From Phyllosticta citribraziliensis (taxonomy: Eukaryota): a DNA stretch of 64,000 nucleotides. Both the position numbers and the translations under genes were made by a program. The DNA is taken from assembly GCF_038025025.1 (NCBI RefSeq), contig NW_027117344.1, positions 310,001 through 374,000 on the forward strand. The letters are read 5' to 3'. Numbering within the stretch: position 1 is the stretch's first letter; every line of letters starts with the position of its first letter. Positions 24,201-36,005 of the stretch are shown here, one piece after another. Below the pieces are notes generated by a model. That model was not told the origin of the DNA, ran no database searches, and was given only the letters and a program-made list of their open reading frames with translations.

Positions 24201-27061
24201 ACACACGAGAGAGACGTCGTCGACTCATTCAGACCCGGCTGCCGCGCTGCCGGTCCGACCGCGTCGTCGCCATTACTCGCTTCTGGATTTGCTGCTGCCA
24301 TGGCCGCCGGCTGGAGAGCGCGGCCATCCATCGCTGGGAGTCTCGGCTCGGCCTCCCACTCACCCCCCATTGCGCCTTGTCGGTTTACGACCGTCCTCAT
24401 GCGCGCCCCTACCGTTCGCAGCAGTCCGTGGTCTGGCCCGCCAGGAGACAGCCGGGCGAGGAAAAGCCAAGAGCAGCGTCCGACCAGAGAGACTCTGCGC
24501 CCGTACGCGAGCGGAGCAACAACCACTGGCAAAAAGTGCCCGCCGAGCCAGAGGGCAGGGTGCGCGTGCGCGTGAAAGACGACAAATGGTCATGCGTGGT
24601 ATAGAAGCGGCGTCTTATTATGCTGACAAAAGAGCTGGCTGGCTGGCTGCGGCGGCAGTGGCAGTGGCAACAGCAACACCATGATCGCGGCGTCTTGATT
24701 GCTTGCTCGAATGCGTGCAACGCTGACGCCCCCGCCTTGCCCCCTCGACGCTGCGCTGCGCTGCGCTGCGCCGCACCGGCTGGCTGCCGCCCTGTCCGAG
24801 GGTCCTCATGGCACATGGAAGCGCACAGCGCAGCAGCCATCCGTCCGTTATTTCCTCTGTCTGCATGCCACGATGGACCAAAAGGGCATTGTTGGCGCGA
24901 GACCGAGGACGCAAGGGCTGCGCGCGCGTCGTCTCTGCAATTTGCTGCCTCGAACGCGCTCCCGATTCCGGCGGCCAGTCCCAGTCCCAATCCCCGCGTT
25001 TCCATCTTCAAGCGTGCGCGTGTCCTCAGGGGCCGCCGCGCCAGGCCAGACCAGACCCAGACACGACTCGACGGCTACATACATGCATACATGCGCTGCT
25101 GCTGATTTTATTATTGCACCGCCGCTCCGCATGCACGCACGCGCTCCGCCTGCTGGTCGACTCCCTGCGTCGCCGCAGATTGCACCGGCCGACCACCTCA
25201 TTTCCTCTGTGGCGCTGCTCAATGTCACCGTCGACCTGCGATTTAGGAGCGGGTTGCCTTGTGCCATTCGTGCTGCGTGCCGCGCCGCGCCGCGCCGCCG
25301 GCTATGCGCGTTGTATGTACGGAGAGGGGGCGCTCGCTGCACGACGTGGGCCGTCGGGCTGAGAGAGCAACTGGGGGTGAGCGCCGCGGACTCTGGACGC
25401 TGCGGAGAGCGCGCGAAAGCAAGGTCTGTAGACCCTGTGATCGAGAAACAAAGGGTCCAGTCGAGCCTGGGTCTGGTCCGGTCCGGGGCGCGGGAGGGGC
25501 AGAAGAGTGGAGCATAGCGAGCGGCGTTTGCGCTGGCTTTACAGGCACCCGCATGGCCGGCCGCTTGCCAGGTTGCTGTCATCCCAACAACAACGCCGGA
25601 CTGACGACGCGGAGAAAGAGTGGAGATTGATCATGGAGAGCGAGCGAGCGAGCGAGCCCGCCCGTTGCTGGCTGGTCTGCTTGTCTGGTCTGGTCTGGTC
25701 TGCAGTGCGGCGTGGCAGCAGCAGCGCTGGCATCACGTTCGAAGCATCCATCCATGGCCCATCGATCCCATTCTTCCTTGTCCACCTGGAGTTCAGGTCG
25801 TCTGCGGCCGAGTCGCCAGGAACGTGTTGTACGTCTTGTACTGCACTGTGCGCTCCCTCTGCGCCTTTCACGTGTCCACTGGTTTTTTTTTTTTTTTTTT
25901 TTTTTTTTTCTTCTTCCACCAGTACCACTGCCGCCGCTACGCGCCTGCATCTGTCAATCATCAGTCAGACAACGGACAGACAGTCAGACCCTGTGCGGCG
26001 GGGGATGCAGCTAGCCAGCCAGACGACCGGACCGGACGCGCCTCGATCCTTCTCGTGCCATGCATCCATGCATCTTTCCATCGTTGATGTCCCCCCTGTT
26101 TTGGTCGGTCACCGAGGGAGGGGGTGCTTTTTCCTTTCCCCTTCCTGCGCAGCCAGCCATCATGCACCCTGACGCTTTTTGATAGCTCCCACTATGTTTA
26201 TATTGCCTGCCTACCTCCCTACCTACCCATCTACATTGCCCTCGCTCCCTGCGCCCCCTCCCCCAGCCAGCCATCTCCCCATCTCCCCATCGCCCGCACG
26301 TCCGCCTTGTGCCCTGCATCAACCGTGATTGCATCTCATTTCGTCCTCGCCGCTCCTCATCACCCACGCCCTTCCTCTCCTCAGTCACTCGGACAAATCT
26401 AGATCTGGATCTGCCGCCACGCACACCACCATCACCCGTTCATTGCCCGCTCTGCTCGCCGGCTCGCCGTGTTTCCGTCTCCGGATCGCCTGCCTGGATC
26501 GCCGTTGTTCTGATTTAGCTGCTGCTGCCGTCTGTTGGCGGAAGGAGGGTGCGTGCGTGCGTGCGTGCGTTGAGCGGCTCTTTTCTTGGATGGAGTACAC
26601 CCGCTTGCTTGCCCCCAAACGCATCCACGTTTTGGTGGTGCGTGGCTAGTAGGTGCCTGACTGAATGGTTCATGAGAGTGCCCGCGGCTTGCCTGGTGTT
26701 GTTTTTCTGCGTCTCTGGGCGCGCCGGGCCGTGTCGTGTCAATGTTGTTTCGCCATGTGCGTGCGTGAGTGGCTACATGGTAGACTGAATGCTGCTGCTA
26801 CCGCCGCCCTGCTTTTGTATGATGTGTGCTGTATGCCACCGAATTTCAGCCACAGACGGATGTTTTTCTCAACGTTTCGCTCGCGCACACGTTGAGCCGC
26901 AGCAAGAACGGATGCTGCAGTCCCTTGTTTGATTGTTCAGTTCCAACATCAACACCAAACAAACAAACACGGCTTACCAAACCAAGCCCCTCCATTCTCA
27001 TCTCTTCTCTCTCTTCTTTTCAGCCTGACACTTCTGCCATGACGCGGGGGAGCTGCAGAGA

Positions 27062-27133
27062 TTAACGCCGTTGTCGTCGGAGGCTTAACGCCGTTGTGGT
27101 CGACTAAACGCCGTGCGCTCTCTTAACGCCGCC
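27062..27133. repeat. Four copies of T(T/A)AACGCCG about 1 kb upstream of the NmrA-like gene
   Basis: Copies at 27062, 27085, 27105 and 27123. Confidence 0.6.
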
Positions 27134-28148
27134 GTCTGTCTTGCTCCATCACCTTTCTCCGCTCCGCTTGATGATGAGGGAACCGAGTCGTTGCTGGTAA
27201 CCTGTCACTTGGTGAGCGTGAGACGTAGGGTGGCAGAGCGAGGTTGGATGCCGGTTTGTCGGAGTCGCTGCGGCCGCTGGATGGAGGTCAAAGCTACCAA
27301 AATGGTGGGTTGAGGCAAAGAGAAAGGGGATCAAAAGGAAAGAGAAAAGAGACTACCAGTAGTCTTGGAACAAAATGGAAAGGAAAGGGAAGAAAAAGTC
27401 AACACCAAGACCAACTACTGCACGCAGACGGACACAGACGGACGTTGTGTTCTAGCGCGAAGACCACTGGCACCCCCGCGCCACGGGCCGCTGCCAACTA
27501 TTGGACCCGACTATTTGATTGGCTGCATGCCATGGCACTACACACACCACACACCACACCACATGGCCGACTGACTGAGACAGAGCGTACCAAGGCAGCA
27601 GCTGAATGCCGCCTGCCTGCCTGTCTGTCTGTTTGAGGTGCCTGTCGCTCGCTCGCTCAGCCGCGTTCTCCGTCGCCCGTCGCGCAATGCGGCCGAGATT
27701 GGTAATCATTATTATGATGTCTTGATGTATGCTGCCGCCGCTGGTTGCACTGACGGCGCGTCGTCGTGCCGAGCGCTGACATGGCGGGGATGTGTATAAG
27801 AGGGGAGCTGAAGAAGTAGTCATTGCTCGATTGATCGATTCAGACAGCGCAAGAGGACAAAGAGAAAGGAAAAGAGAAAAGGAAACGCCGCCCCCCGTTC
27901 ACCCACCTACCCGGTATACGTCCGTCAAAGACTCGAATCAAAGAAACTTGGTTGCCACATCCGGGTCGTCGACGTCATCGCACGACTGGGTCTCTCGCGC
28001 CACCACCTGGCAGGAACCTCAGCAGGGAGCAGCAGTATCGTAGCAGTACCTCAGCAGCACACGGCAACGGAAGAAGATCAATTGAGGCTCAGGCTCCAAC
28101 TCCAACCTTACATACCATACCCTACCTGTTGCCTACACCACCACCACC

Positions 28149-29192
28149 ATGGCCACCACTACCAACAAGAAATACGACAACGTCATCGTCTTCGGGCCCA
28201 CAGGCGACGTCGGCGGCCACGCCGCCCTCGCTGCCAGCAGCTACGGCGCCAAAGTCTGGCTGGCGATGCGCACGCCCGACAAACCGATCCCAATCCTCGC
28301 GCACCTCTCGCCAGACGAAGAGAAGAAGCAGTCCTTCACGCGCATCCACGCCGACCTGACGGACGCAGCCTCGATCCGCGCCGCGGTCCAGCACTCGGGC
28401 GCCAAAGCCGCCTACGTGTACCTGGTGCCGACGGCCGACGGGCTGGCCAGCAGCCTCGCCGCCATGCGCGACGCCGGCATCGAGCTCGTCGTGTTCCTGT
28501 CTTCGTTCAGCGTGCCGTTCGGCGCCGGGCTCGACGTGCGCGCCGTCGCGCCGCAGAAGCTGATCGCGCGCGCGCACGCCGCCGTCGAGGCGAACCTCGA
28601 GGACCTGCGCGTCCCGCACGTCGCGCTGCGCCCGGCCTACTTCGCCAGCAACCCGCTCAACATGGGGCTCGACGCGGCCAGGTTCCCGGCGCTGGAGGCG
28701 CACATCTTCAACGGCGCCTTCGAGGTCGATTGCATCGCGCCCGACGACATTGGCCGCGTGGCGGGCGCGCTGCTGGTGGCGCCGCCGCCGGACCTGCTCG
28801 ACGACAAGGACGCCGCCAACCCCACGGGCGAGAAGGCGGGCAAGAAGGTGTTGTACCTCTGCGGCCCGCAGCTCATCACGCAGGACCGCGTCTTCGAAAT
28901 CATCCAGGAGGTCAGCGGGCGCGACGTCGCCGTCAAGCACCTGTCGAAGGAGCAGTGGGTCGAGCGCCAGGCGGCCCATGGCATGCCGCAGCCCGTCGCC
29001 GCGTACCTGGCCGAGGCCATGGAGAAGGGGTTTACCGATGACCAGTATCGCCGCGACATGTATGACCAGGCGGTTGCGAATGTGAAGGAGGTTACGGGGA
29101 GAGACGCTATGTCGTTCGAGGAATATGTCAAGGTGCATTTGGATGAGACGGTTAGCAAGGCGGCGGTGCCCGGGGGTACATTCAGCTCGTAG
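28149..29192 (+). CDS. NmrA-like atypical NAD(P)-binding (extended SDR) protein, intronless
   Basis: Rossmann motif VIVFGPTGDVG; VVFLSS; LRPAYFASN; IAPDDIGRVA; LYLCGP; C-terminal VTGRDAMSFEEY. Confidence 0.9.
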   Translation: MATTTNKKYDNVIVFGPTGDVGGHAALAASSYGAKVWLAMRTPDKPIPILAHLSPDEEKKQSFTRIHADLTDAASIRAAVQHSGAKAAYVYLVPTADGLASSLAAMRDAGIELVVFLSSFSVPFGAGLDVRAVAPQKLIARAHAAVEANLEDLRVPHVALRPAYFASNPLNMGLDAARFPALEAHIFNGAFEVDCIAPDDIGRVAGALLVAPPPDLLDDKDAANPTGEKAGKKVLYLCGPQLITQDRVFEIIQEVSGRDVAVKHLSKEQWVERQAAHGMPQPVAAYLAEAMEKGFTDDQYRRDMYDQAVANVKEVTGRDAMSFEEYVKVHLDETVSKAAVPGGTFSS

Positions 29193-29597
29193 GTGGCTGA
29201 TGCAACTTTTGTGTAAGCGGAGTGCGTAGGGACGATGAAAGAAGCAGTGACGAGGGCTTTGACAAACAGACCAAGCCTCGCCGCGGAAGCAAAGGTGATT
29301 GAAAAGCAATGGTCCTTTTCTTGCGCTCGGAGCATGAAATATAGGGCGCGAATGGGCAGCGAATGAAGAGACCAATGAATGCTTTGACTCGCTTGCGATC
29401 TTAAAATAAACACCAAAACATGACGCCAGGGTACTTGGGATTTCAGCAAAGATGGGAGACAACTCCCTTCTTCCCAAGCTTGACATCGAAAATGCGCCGA
29501 CCTTCTTCGCCATGAAACGTGAGGGCCAAGTGAGCATAGTTTTGCGGCCCCCTTCCTGAAAAGCGAGCGTTGGGCCTCTCCTTCATACCTTTGCTTT

Positions 29598-31768
29598 TCA
29601 AGAAAACCAGGTATTCCTCAGCTTCTTCGTAAAATCCTTCGCATAACCAAGATTGTCAACGACGGGCCGATATTTCTCGAGTTGCGAGAAAATAAAAGGA
29701 GTGAATTCGCCCTCGTAGTTGAAGGCCGATGCTTTCAGCATCCTCACATTCGTTCCAAAACTGGCGAGTCGTCAGCACCACGTACACGCCTTTTGCGCTA
29801 CCTATCGGACCGGTGCGGAACGACTTACTTGTAATCGATTTGTTCCGTGATGTCGGCCACGGCCGCCTTGCGACCTTCACTCAAGTCGGGCCTCTCCAAG
29901 ACGAACCCCTCACAGAACGAAAGAAAGTCTTTCTTGATCGAGTACTCCTCCTCTTCCAGCGTGACGAGGACGACGGGTCTGAAGAAGCGTATGATATTGA
30001 AAGCCTCTACAATATCCGTCTCATCACCACGGCTCGTGGCCAGAATGTGAGCTCCTGGAGGGCTCGAAACAGCAAAGTCTTTCAGCCAAGTCAAACCCCC
30101 TTTTACGTGAGAGCCAGCTTGCGCCGTTCTGCAGCGATCGAGACCGTCAAGAACGATGAAGACCTCATCATCGACTGCGTGGACCATTTCCCAAAAGGTG
30201 TCGCAGAGCATGTCGACGCTAGGTTGCACGGCACCCTTGTGGCAGGACAAGAAGAGCTGTTGCAGAGGCGCTTGGGATGCCAGACTGAGTTTGTAAAGTT
30301 GCAGGACGAGCGAGCGCATCATCTGCTCGAGTGTCTTTTTTGATGGGTCCTTCGATTTGAAGAAGAAAAAGATGGTAATGGGGGGGATGGACAAGCGTTC
30401 TTCGCTCTCATCTGCTGTAGGGAACGCGGTTTGGAGATGTTGGATGATGATGGAACTCAAGACTGTTTTTCCGCACGATTGAGCTCCTCGAAGCCACATG
30501 AATGAGCCGCGCTGCTCTTTCCATTCGTCGTATTCGGGGCTATCGAGAAACCAGGAGCCGGTATCCTCGTAGCGCTTGGCGATGGCGTTGTGGTAGTTTG
30601 GAGATGGATCCGGGGGAGACAGCCATTTTTGTATGTCCGTCGACTGAATTCTTGAGTCGAGGTCTGTGACACGACTCATGATCTCGTTGTTTCCATTCTT
30701 CAAACTCTCAAAGTCCTGAGAGACTCTCGATTGGTTAGCAAAAGAACCCATCACCGATAGACTCTACTCACTTTCAGCCATGGCATCTTGCATCGTTTTC
30801 TGCGCCTCGACGATGGTGGGCGCAATACGACAGAGCAAAGCCTTTGCGTATGCAGCTGCAGTCATCGCCGCGTATCCTTGCCACTCCTTGTTCTTGTGAG
30901 AGTCCGAATAGTCGCAGATGCCACGGATGACCATGCATGGGTAGTGGTTCATCAGTCCGGCCGCTTCCATTTCAAAGCAAAGGACATTTCTTTCTCTCGC
31001 AAGCTTGTCTCTTACTGTGGCGTCTTTCATCAACTGATTTGCCGACGCGATGATACCGTAATGCACCACGGGATCGTCTTTGCGCATCTCTCGACCTGGC
31101 CTCGAAACAGAGTTCTCCTCGTCATTGCCACACACATCAGAGCAAAGAGCGTCGCTGTCCGGTCCGCGGTGTGTGTATTCACTTTTGTACAACCGATCTG
31201 TAGCCAGGTCTGGCCTCGAAAACTTGTCCCGCAGTCTTTCTTTCCTCTCGAGAATCGCGTCAATGTCCTCCTCAAACGTGTGTCCATCCATCGCGTGATC
31301 TGCGCTCAAACCGGTGATCGCGGCTCGAAGCAGATTGGGTGGTTGATTGAGATATCGAGTATTCTGGAACGCTTCGTTTTGGACAGTCTTGCCAAAGTCG
31401 TATTGGAACACGCCGCCTTCTTGTCCGTCGCTTTGCGAACTGACGACTACGTCGCCCAGTCGAATGTCGTGCTTCATGCTTGGTGCGCCACCCGCAATGC
31501 CCACCATCAGCCCAATCCGGACATTCGCAAACGTGTGGAGTAAATCTGTTGCGACGGTTGCAGCAGAGGTGAGGCCGTATTCTCCGTTGGGCAGGACGGC
31601 AATGACGACGTTGTGCTTTCCCATCCGTCCCAGTGTGTAGTCATTTTTATCGTGCGCCGACACGTACTCTGGTCCTTCATGTTTCTCATCCAGGAATTGC
31701 TGAGCTGCGATATATTCCGTTTGTATAGCACAGATCCAGCCCACGGTGTATTTGTTCGGATTCGACAT
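29598..31768 (-). CDS. PNP_UDP (nucleoside phosphorylase-like) + NACHT protein; fungal NLR-like, no C-terminal repeat domain
   Basis: Exon 1 (31768-30772): [59 protein letters not shown]. Exon 2 (~30723-29829): WLSPPD..NY, TGSWFL, Walker A-like GAQSCGKT, Walker B-like [17 protein letters not shown]. Intron 29828-29761 (GTAAGT..CTGAC..CAG). Exon 3 ends at TGA 29600-29598. The intron-1 acceptor is uncertain. Confidence 0.8.
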
Positions 31769-33074
31769 GGTAGCCGGGAAGAAAAGAGTTCGAGTTCGAG
31801 TCACAAAGGAGACGAATAATTTAGGCAGGACGTTCTCATGAAGCTTGAGTGAAGCTTGAGACGAAAGGAGATATGGCTTCACTTTTCGGGGAAGGGCCGT
31901 AGATCGAAGCAAAGGCTGGACGTCAAAACACTGCAGATAAATGCAAACCTGTTACGCGCGTATTCGGTCAGCCCTATTTGTGCCTCGAGTTCTGGGTGCA
32001 GTGTTTAACCAACCACTGATCTTGCATCGAGTGTCAAGAGGCAAAGAGCCTCATCTGCAGGCAGACATGTGGTGGCGAAGTTTCTTTCAGCGGCAACTGA
32101 GGCCCAGCTGACACAACTATGGCAGACACTGGTTGGCCGCATTCCTGGCTGCTGATGCGATCCGGTCATCCCGACCGCGAGGCTGTAAGAACACATCAGC
32201 ATCAAGCCAGCAACCACGAGAAGACAGAGCTGTCAAGTAAAACGACGACAGTCTTTGATTGTTGGGGGCCAGCCTTATGCTATGCCTTGCCTGTAAGACT
32301 GCTCAGCCTCGGCAAAACCACCACAGAGTGATTGCCACCACGACTCCATGGATTCAGCTGAGTATTGTGGCAGTTCCGAAACAAGATGATAGCATGGAAT
32401 TCTGCGGAAGAGGCGGGGTACGAGCGGACCGCCTCCTGGCGAAGTCGAAGTCCTTTTTCGCGTTGACGCCGTTTGCGATTTCGACGAGACGACAAGGTGT
32501 GGTGGTGTTCTCCTCCCCACCCAGAAGTTCGAAATGTCAAATTTCTCCTCTTACCCACTTGGCAACAGCTCAATGTGCACCTTCTCCTACAAGCCGAGCC
32601 GCACGTTCGCTGAACCCAACAAATGTCAGACGGAGCCGTCCAAGATATTCCAAGCCGGCGAATTTGCTTCCTATCAGCAAAACAGTGTCAGAAATTCTTC
32701 ATGGGCACAATTTATGTACCGATGCTGCTGCAGCCTTGTGCTCTGCATTGTGGCGTCTAATTGCGTAGTGATTCGCCTGCTTCCGACTTGAGAGAAGTTG
32801 AGGAAACACGCTGAATTGGTTAGATACAGGGGCCCAATCGAATGTTTTCACATCATTGCCCGTTAAATCCTCAAGAGTCGAAACACTCAATTCATGGGGC
32901 ATGATTCTGCGACAGATGAGCCGCCTAGAGAAAAGAAGGAGAAATTCTTAGGGGCCAGGCATGGGAATTCCAACCCAGAAGGGCTATGAGAGAAGCAAAA
33001 TAGACCCCAAACGAAAGGAAACCTTTTCGTCGCACGGCCACCTTTCCTGAACAACCAAGTACCAGACTTAGCAT

Positions 33075-34100
33075 TCAAGGGAGGCCACGTCCAGAGTTGA
33101 CCGCATTCGCAAGTTGCGAAGTGTTTGGCCGATTCTCTGCAAACCCGAGAGTAAGCAATGCGCTACAAGGCAGAGCTAGTAAGGAGCCAACTCACCAGCA
33201 TATCTCTGATAACTATCCAGGTACAAGTCTTCCGTACTCAAAGTCGCCTGGACACTGTCATTCTTCTCAATCGCATCCACCAGCTTGCCCCATCGAGAGC
33301 CAGGCTCGGGGTCCGGCCAGCTGCGATACGGCTTCAAGACCCGATTCAAGCGGACGATCCAAGGAGCCACCTGGATATCGACGTAGGATATCTCGCTGCC
33401 GAGAAAGAAGGGGCCGACGGGGTCTGCCGCATCAACGAGCTTGCTGATTTGGTTCTTGAGCTCCGAGGCATGCTCAATCTGCTTCTCTGGGTCCTGCTCT
33501 TGCAGGAAGCGGTAGAAGACGGGGATGACGTGGCGGTTGACCTACTATGATTAGCGGAGGACTCGAATTTGCAGGCGGGTAACTATCGTACGTGATCGCT
33601 CCAAAGCCGGCTGTGGGCCCGGGACTTGGCGTCTGGAGGCATCAAAGCTCTTCCCACGTTCAGGTCCTCCAGCTGCTGGACGTTAGCTTGGCACTCGAGC
33701 GGAATGGCAGTCAACTTGCGTATTCCATCAGAACGGTGCTTTCGTAACACCCCCAATCCCCGTGGCGCAGAGCAGGAACCAGGCCCCGAGGGTTCACTTC
33801 GAGTAGAGACTGCGGCTTCTTGTAGGGATCCACCTCGATGTATTGGTACGGAATCTTCTTGTGCTCCAAAGATATCCACACACGCTGGACAAACGGGCTG
33901 ACAAGAAACACTATTAGCAAACGGTGTAAATTGGACGGGATCAGAATGTCATACCAGAAGCAACTTCCAAACAGCTTCAAATCATTATCCGACGAGTGCT
34001 TTTTGACGGTCTCCAAGGCCTTTCCAGTGGCTTTCGTGTGGTAGCTCTTCTTATCATCTTGTTTTGTTTGGGACTGTTGTTGGTCTTTTGCATCAGCCAT
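33075..34100 (-). CDS. Glutathione S-transferase (omega-like CPF active site), 5 exons
   Basis: LKLFGSCFCPFVQRVWISLEHKKIPYQYIEVDPYKKP..NPRGLVPAL..YESTVLMEYLED. Introns 33954-33898, 33719-33673 (GC-AG), 33591-33542 and 33195-33137 all restore the frame. Confidence 0.93.
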
Positions 34101-34270
34101 TGTACTGGAGCAGTTCACGTAAATCGCGGGATAATTGAAGTGGGGTGATAAGAAGGGTTGGCGAAGAAGACAGAGTTGTGCAGGATGGTTGATGTGCAGA
34201 GTCTGAATATGCCAACGACCAAGTTGTGACAGCACTTTGGGAGATGAAAGAAGACGGCAAGACTGATTGA

Positions 34271-35601
34271 TCATGGAGAGCAGGGTCGATTGATGTTGGA
34301 ATGACGGAAGCCATGGAAGTTGAAGGTGTGATGACGCAATAAGCAGTAGCGCTCACGTGAGCAAAAAGCGGCGGCGGGAATCAAGATGTGTTGTGCAAAA
34401 AGTCGTTTCGCATGAAAAGCAAGGATGATGGGAATATCAAAAGTCTGTACCTCGTGTGATCTCTTTTTCGCTTTCTCTTGCTCGCGCATCCATCGCTCCA
34501 CGCTACTCTTCTTGATCCTGTCACTGTCTTGAAGAGTATGCCGATGTGGACCAGGGTGGCCGTCGACCTTTCCATTCGCTCCATTGCCATTTACACGCTG
34601 TATTGTGAATATTTTCCCATGATAGGGCGAAGGGTTCATCATGGGCGCAAAGGGCCATTGCTGACTCTGTGGACCGAGGCCGCCAGTGCCCAGATCGAGA
34701 GAGTCGAGGCCAGCGTGATTCGACGACGAAGTATTGATTACCTGCTCAGTCAAGTGGCCAACTGCCTCTGGCGTCGCGGCTCCAGGCTCGTATTCAGTAA
34801 CCCTGATTTTGACGTCGCACAGATCACGCTCGCGCGCGACGCGTTTGCGTTTCTTTTTGAAAGGGTCATCAGACTTGGGAGTTCCCGAAGGACGTCCTTT
34901 TAGACGGCAGTCCATGTAGTGTGAGACAAAGGGTTTGCGTTTGTATCGCTGTGTCGAACGATGTGAATAGATATTGTCCACGTGCGGCCAGTAAGTCTTG
35001 TATCTGAAGGGGATGAGGTTAGGCACAACTGAATGGATTCGCCAACATACTGATCTTCGGTCATGACAACGGTCTCATCAAGATGGAAAAGCCTGTGTCG
35101 CCATGCTGCGAGCCCTGGGGGATCGGGCACAAGATTGGCGTGGCAGTCCTGACCAGCATCGGCATCAGCATCTTTCCCGGCGGTAGGTTCCGGCTCTTGA
35201 ATCTGCACTTGGTCAAAGCCTTGCGGTTTCACAAAGCTGTCTAAGACAAGTTGTTGGCTTTGTGTCGGACCGTAGCCGAATTGGCCGACGTTGATCGCTG
35301 TTGGTAGAAAGCTTTGCTGATGCAAATTGGAAATGGATTCCACGGGTCGGCCATGTTGGTTGATAAATGCACCGGGTTGGCGAATAGAACGAGGGTCAGA
35401 GACTTGGCCAAGAAAGCCTTGCTGAAGCAATGTGTTTTGGTCAGCAGGATGCAAGCCAAACGCACCGGCGGGTGCTGCGAAATTCTGGACAGATCCAAGA
35501 GCTTGGTCTTCTTGGGTGTGATGGAAGCTGTGCAGGACCGCAGGCTGCAGCGTTCGGAGGAGAGCGGGCGGTGACTGCTGGGCTGGACTGATGGAATCCA
35601 T
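34271..35601 (-). CDS. Putative WRKY/GCM1-fold (C-C-H-x-H) zinc-binding transcription factor; the 3' end may splice into the GST
   Basis: Q/P-rich N-terminus. Intron 35050-35004 (GTATGT..CTAAC..CAG). Conserved block YWPHVDNIYSHRSTQRYKRKPFVSHYMDCRLKG..KKKRKR..CDVKIRVTEY..IFTIQRVN..HRHTLQDSDRIKK. Donor GTACAG at 34450. Unspliced stop at 34271. Confidence 0.75.
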
Positions 35602-36005
35602 TGCCAGAATTTCTGCCGCTGCTTTAATGCTTCAGCTCGCCGTTGAAATCGTCACGATCCGGCTCCCCATTTTACGCAAAATCGTTTATCCGCGTTAGCC
35701 TCTTTCAGCCTCAAAGGACCAAGAGTTCAATGTTGCTTGCACCACGCGTGGGCCACGACTTTCAAGGTAGGCACGGTTGCGTGCTGGACATTTTCAATCA
35801 TGAGATCATTTCTTGTATTCATTGATTGCATGTTGATAGTTTCACTTTTCGTGATGACCTTCCTTGGTCGTGACCCGCGACGCCATGGCTTTCAAGTGGC
35901 ATCGTCCGGGGTATAAGCATTTGTCCTCCCTCAACTCCAGCATGTCTCAAACACGAGCTTCATCAACTTCATGTTGCCTTTTCATGGTTCATCTCATAGA
36001 CTCGG

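Larger units (their letters stand above)
9000..28000. repeat. Microsatellite-dense, mostly non-coding region (contains the C2H2 gene)
   Basis: Examples: (CAG)n ~10716-10768, (TGTCC)n ~11153-11190, (GGAT)n ~12070-12098, (AG)n ~13337-13362, (GCAG)n ~16884-16930, (GAACCT)n-like ~17931-17970, (CAT)n ~21266-21307, poly-G ~17129-17144 and ~21675-21701, poly-T ~25883-25909. Confidence 0.9.

Noticed and set aside
28122..29537. 471-aa minus-strand ORF and other long antisense ORFs (e.g. 41430-42374, 62639-63379)
   Set aside because: Shadows of GC-rich codon usage in genuine genes on the opposite strand.
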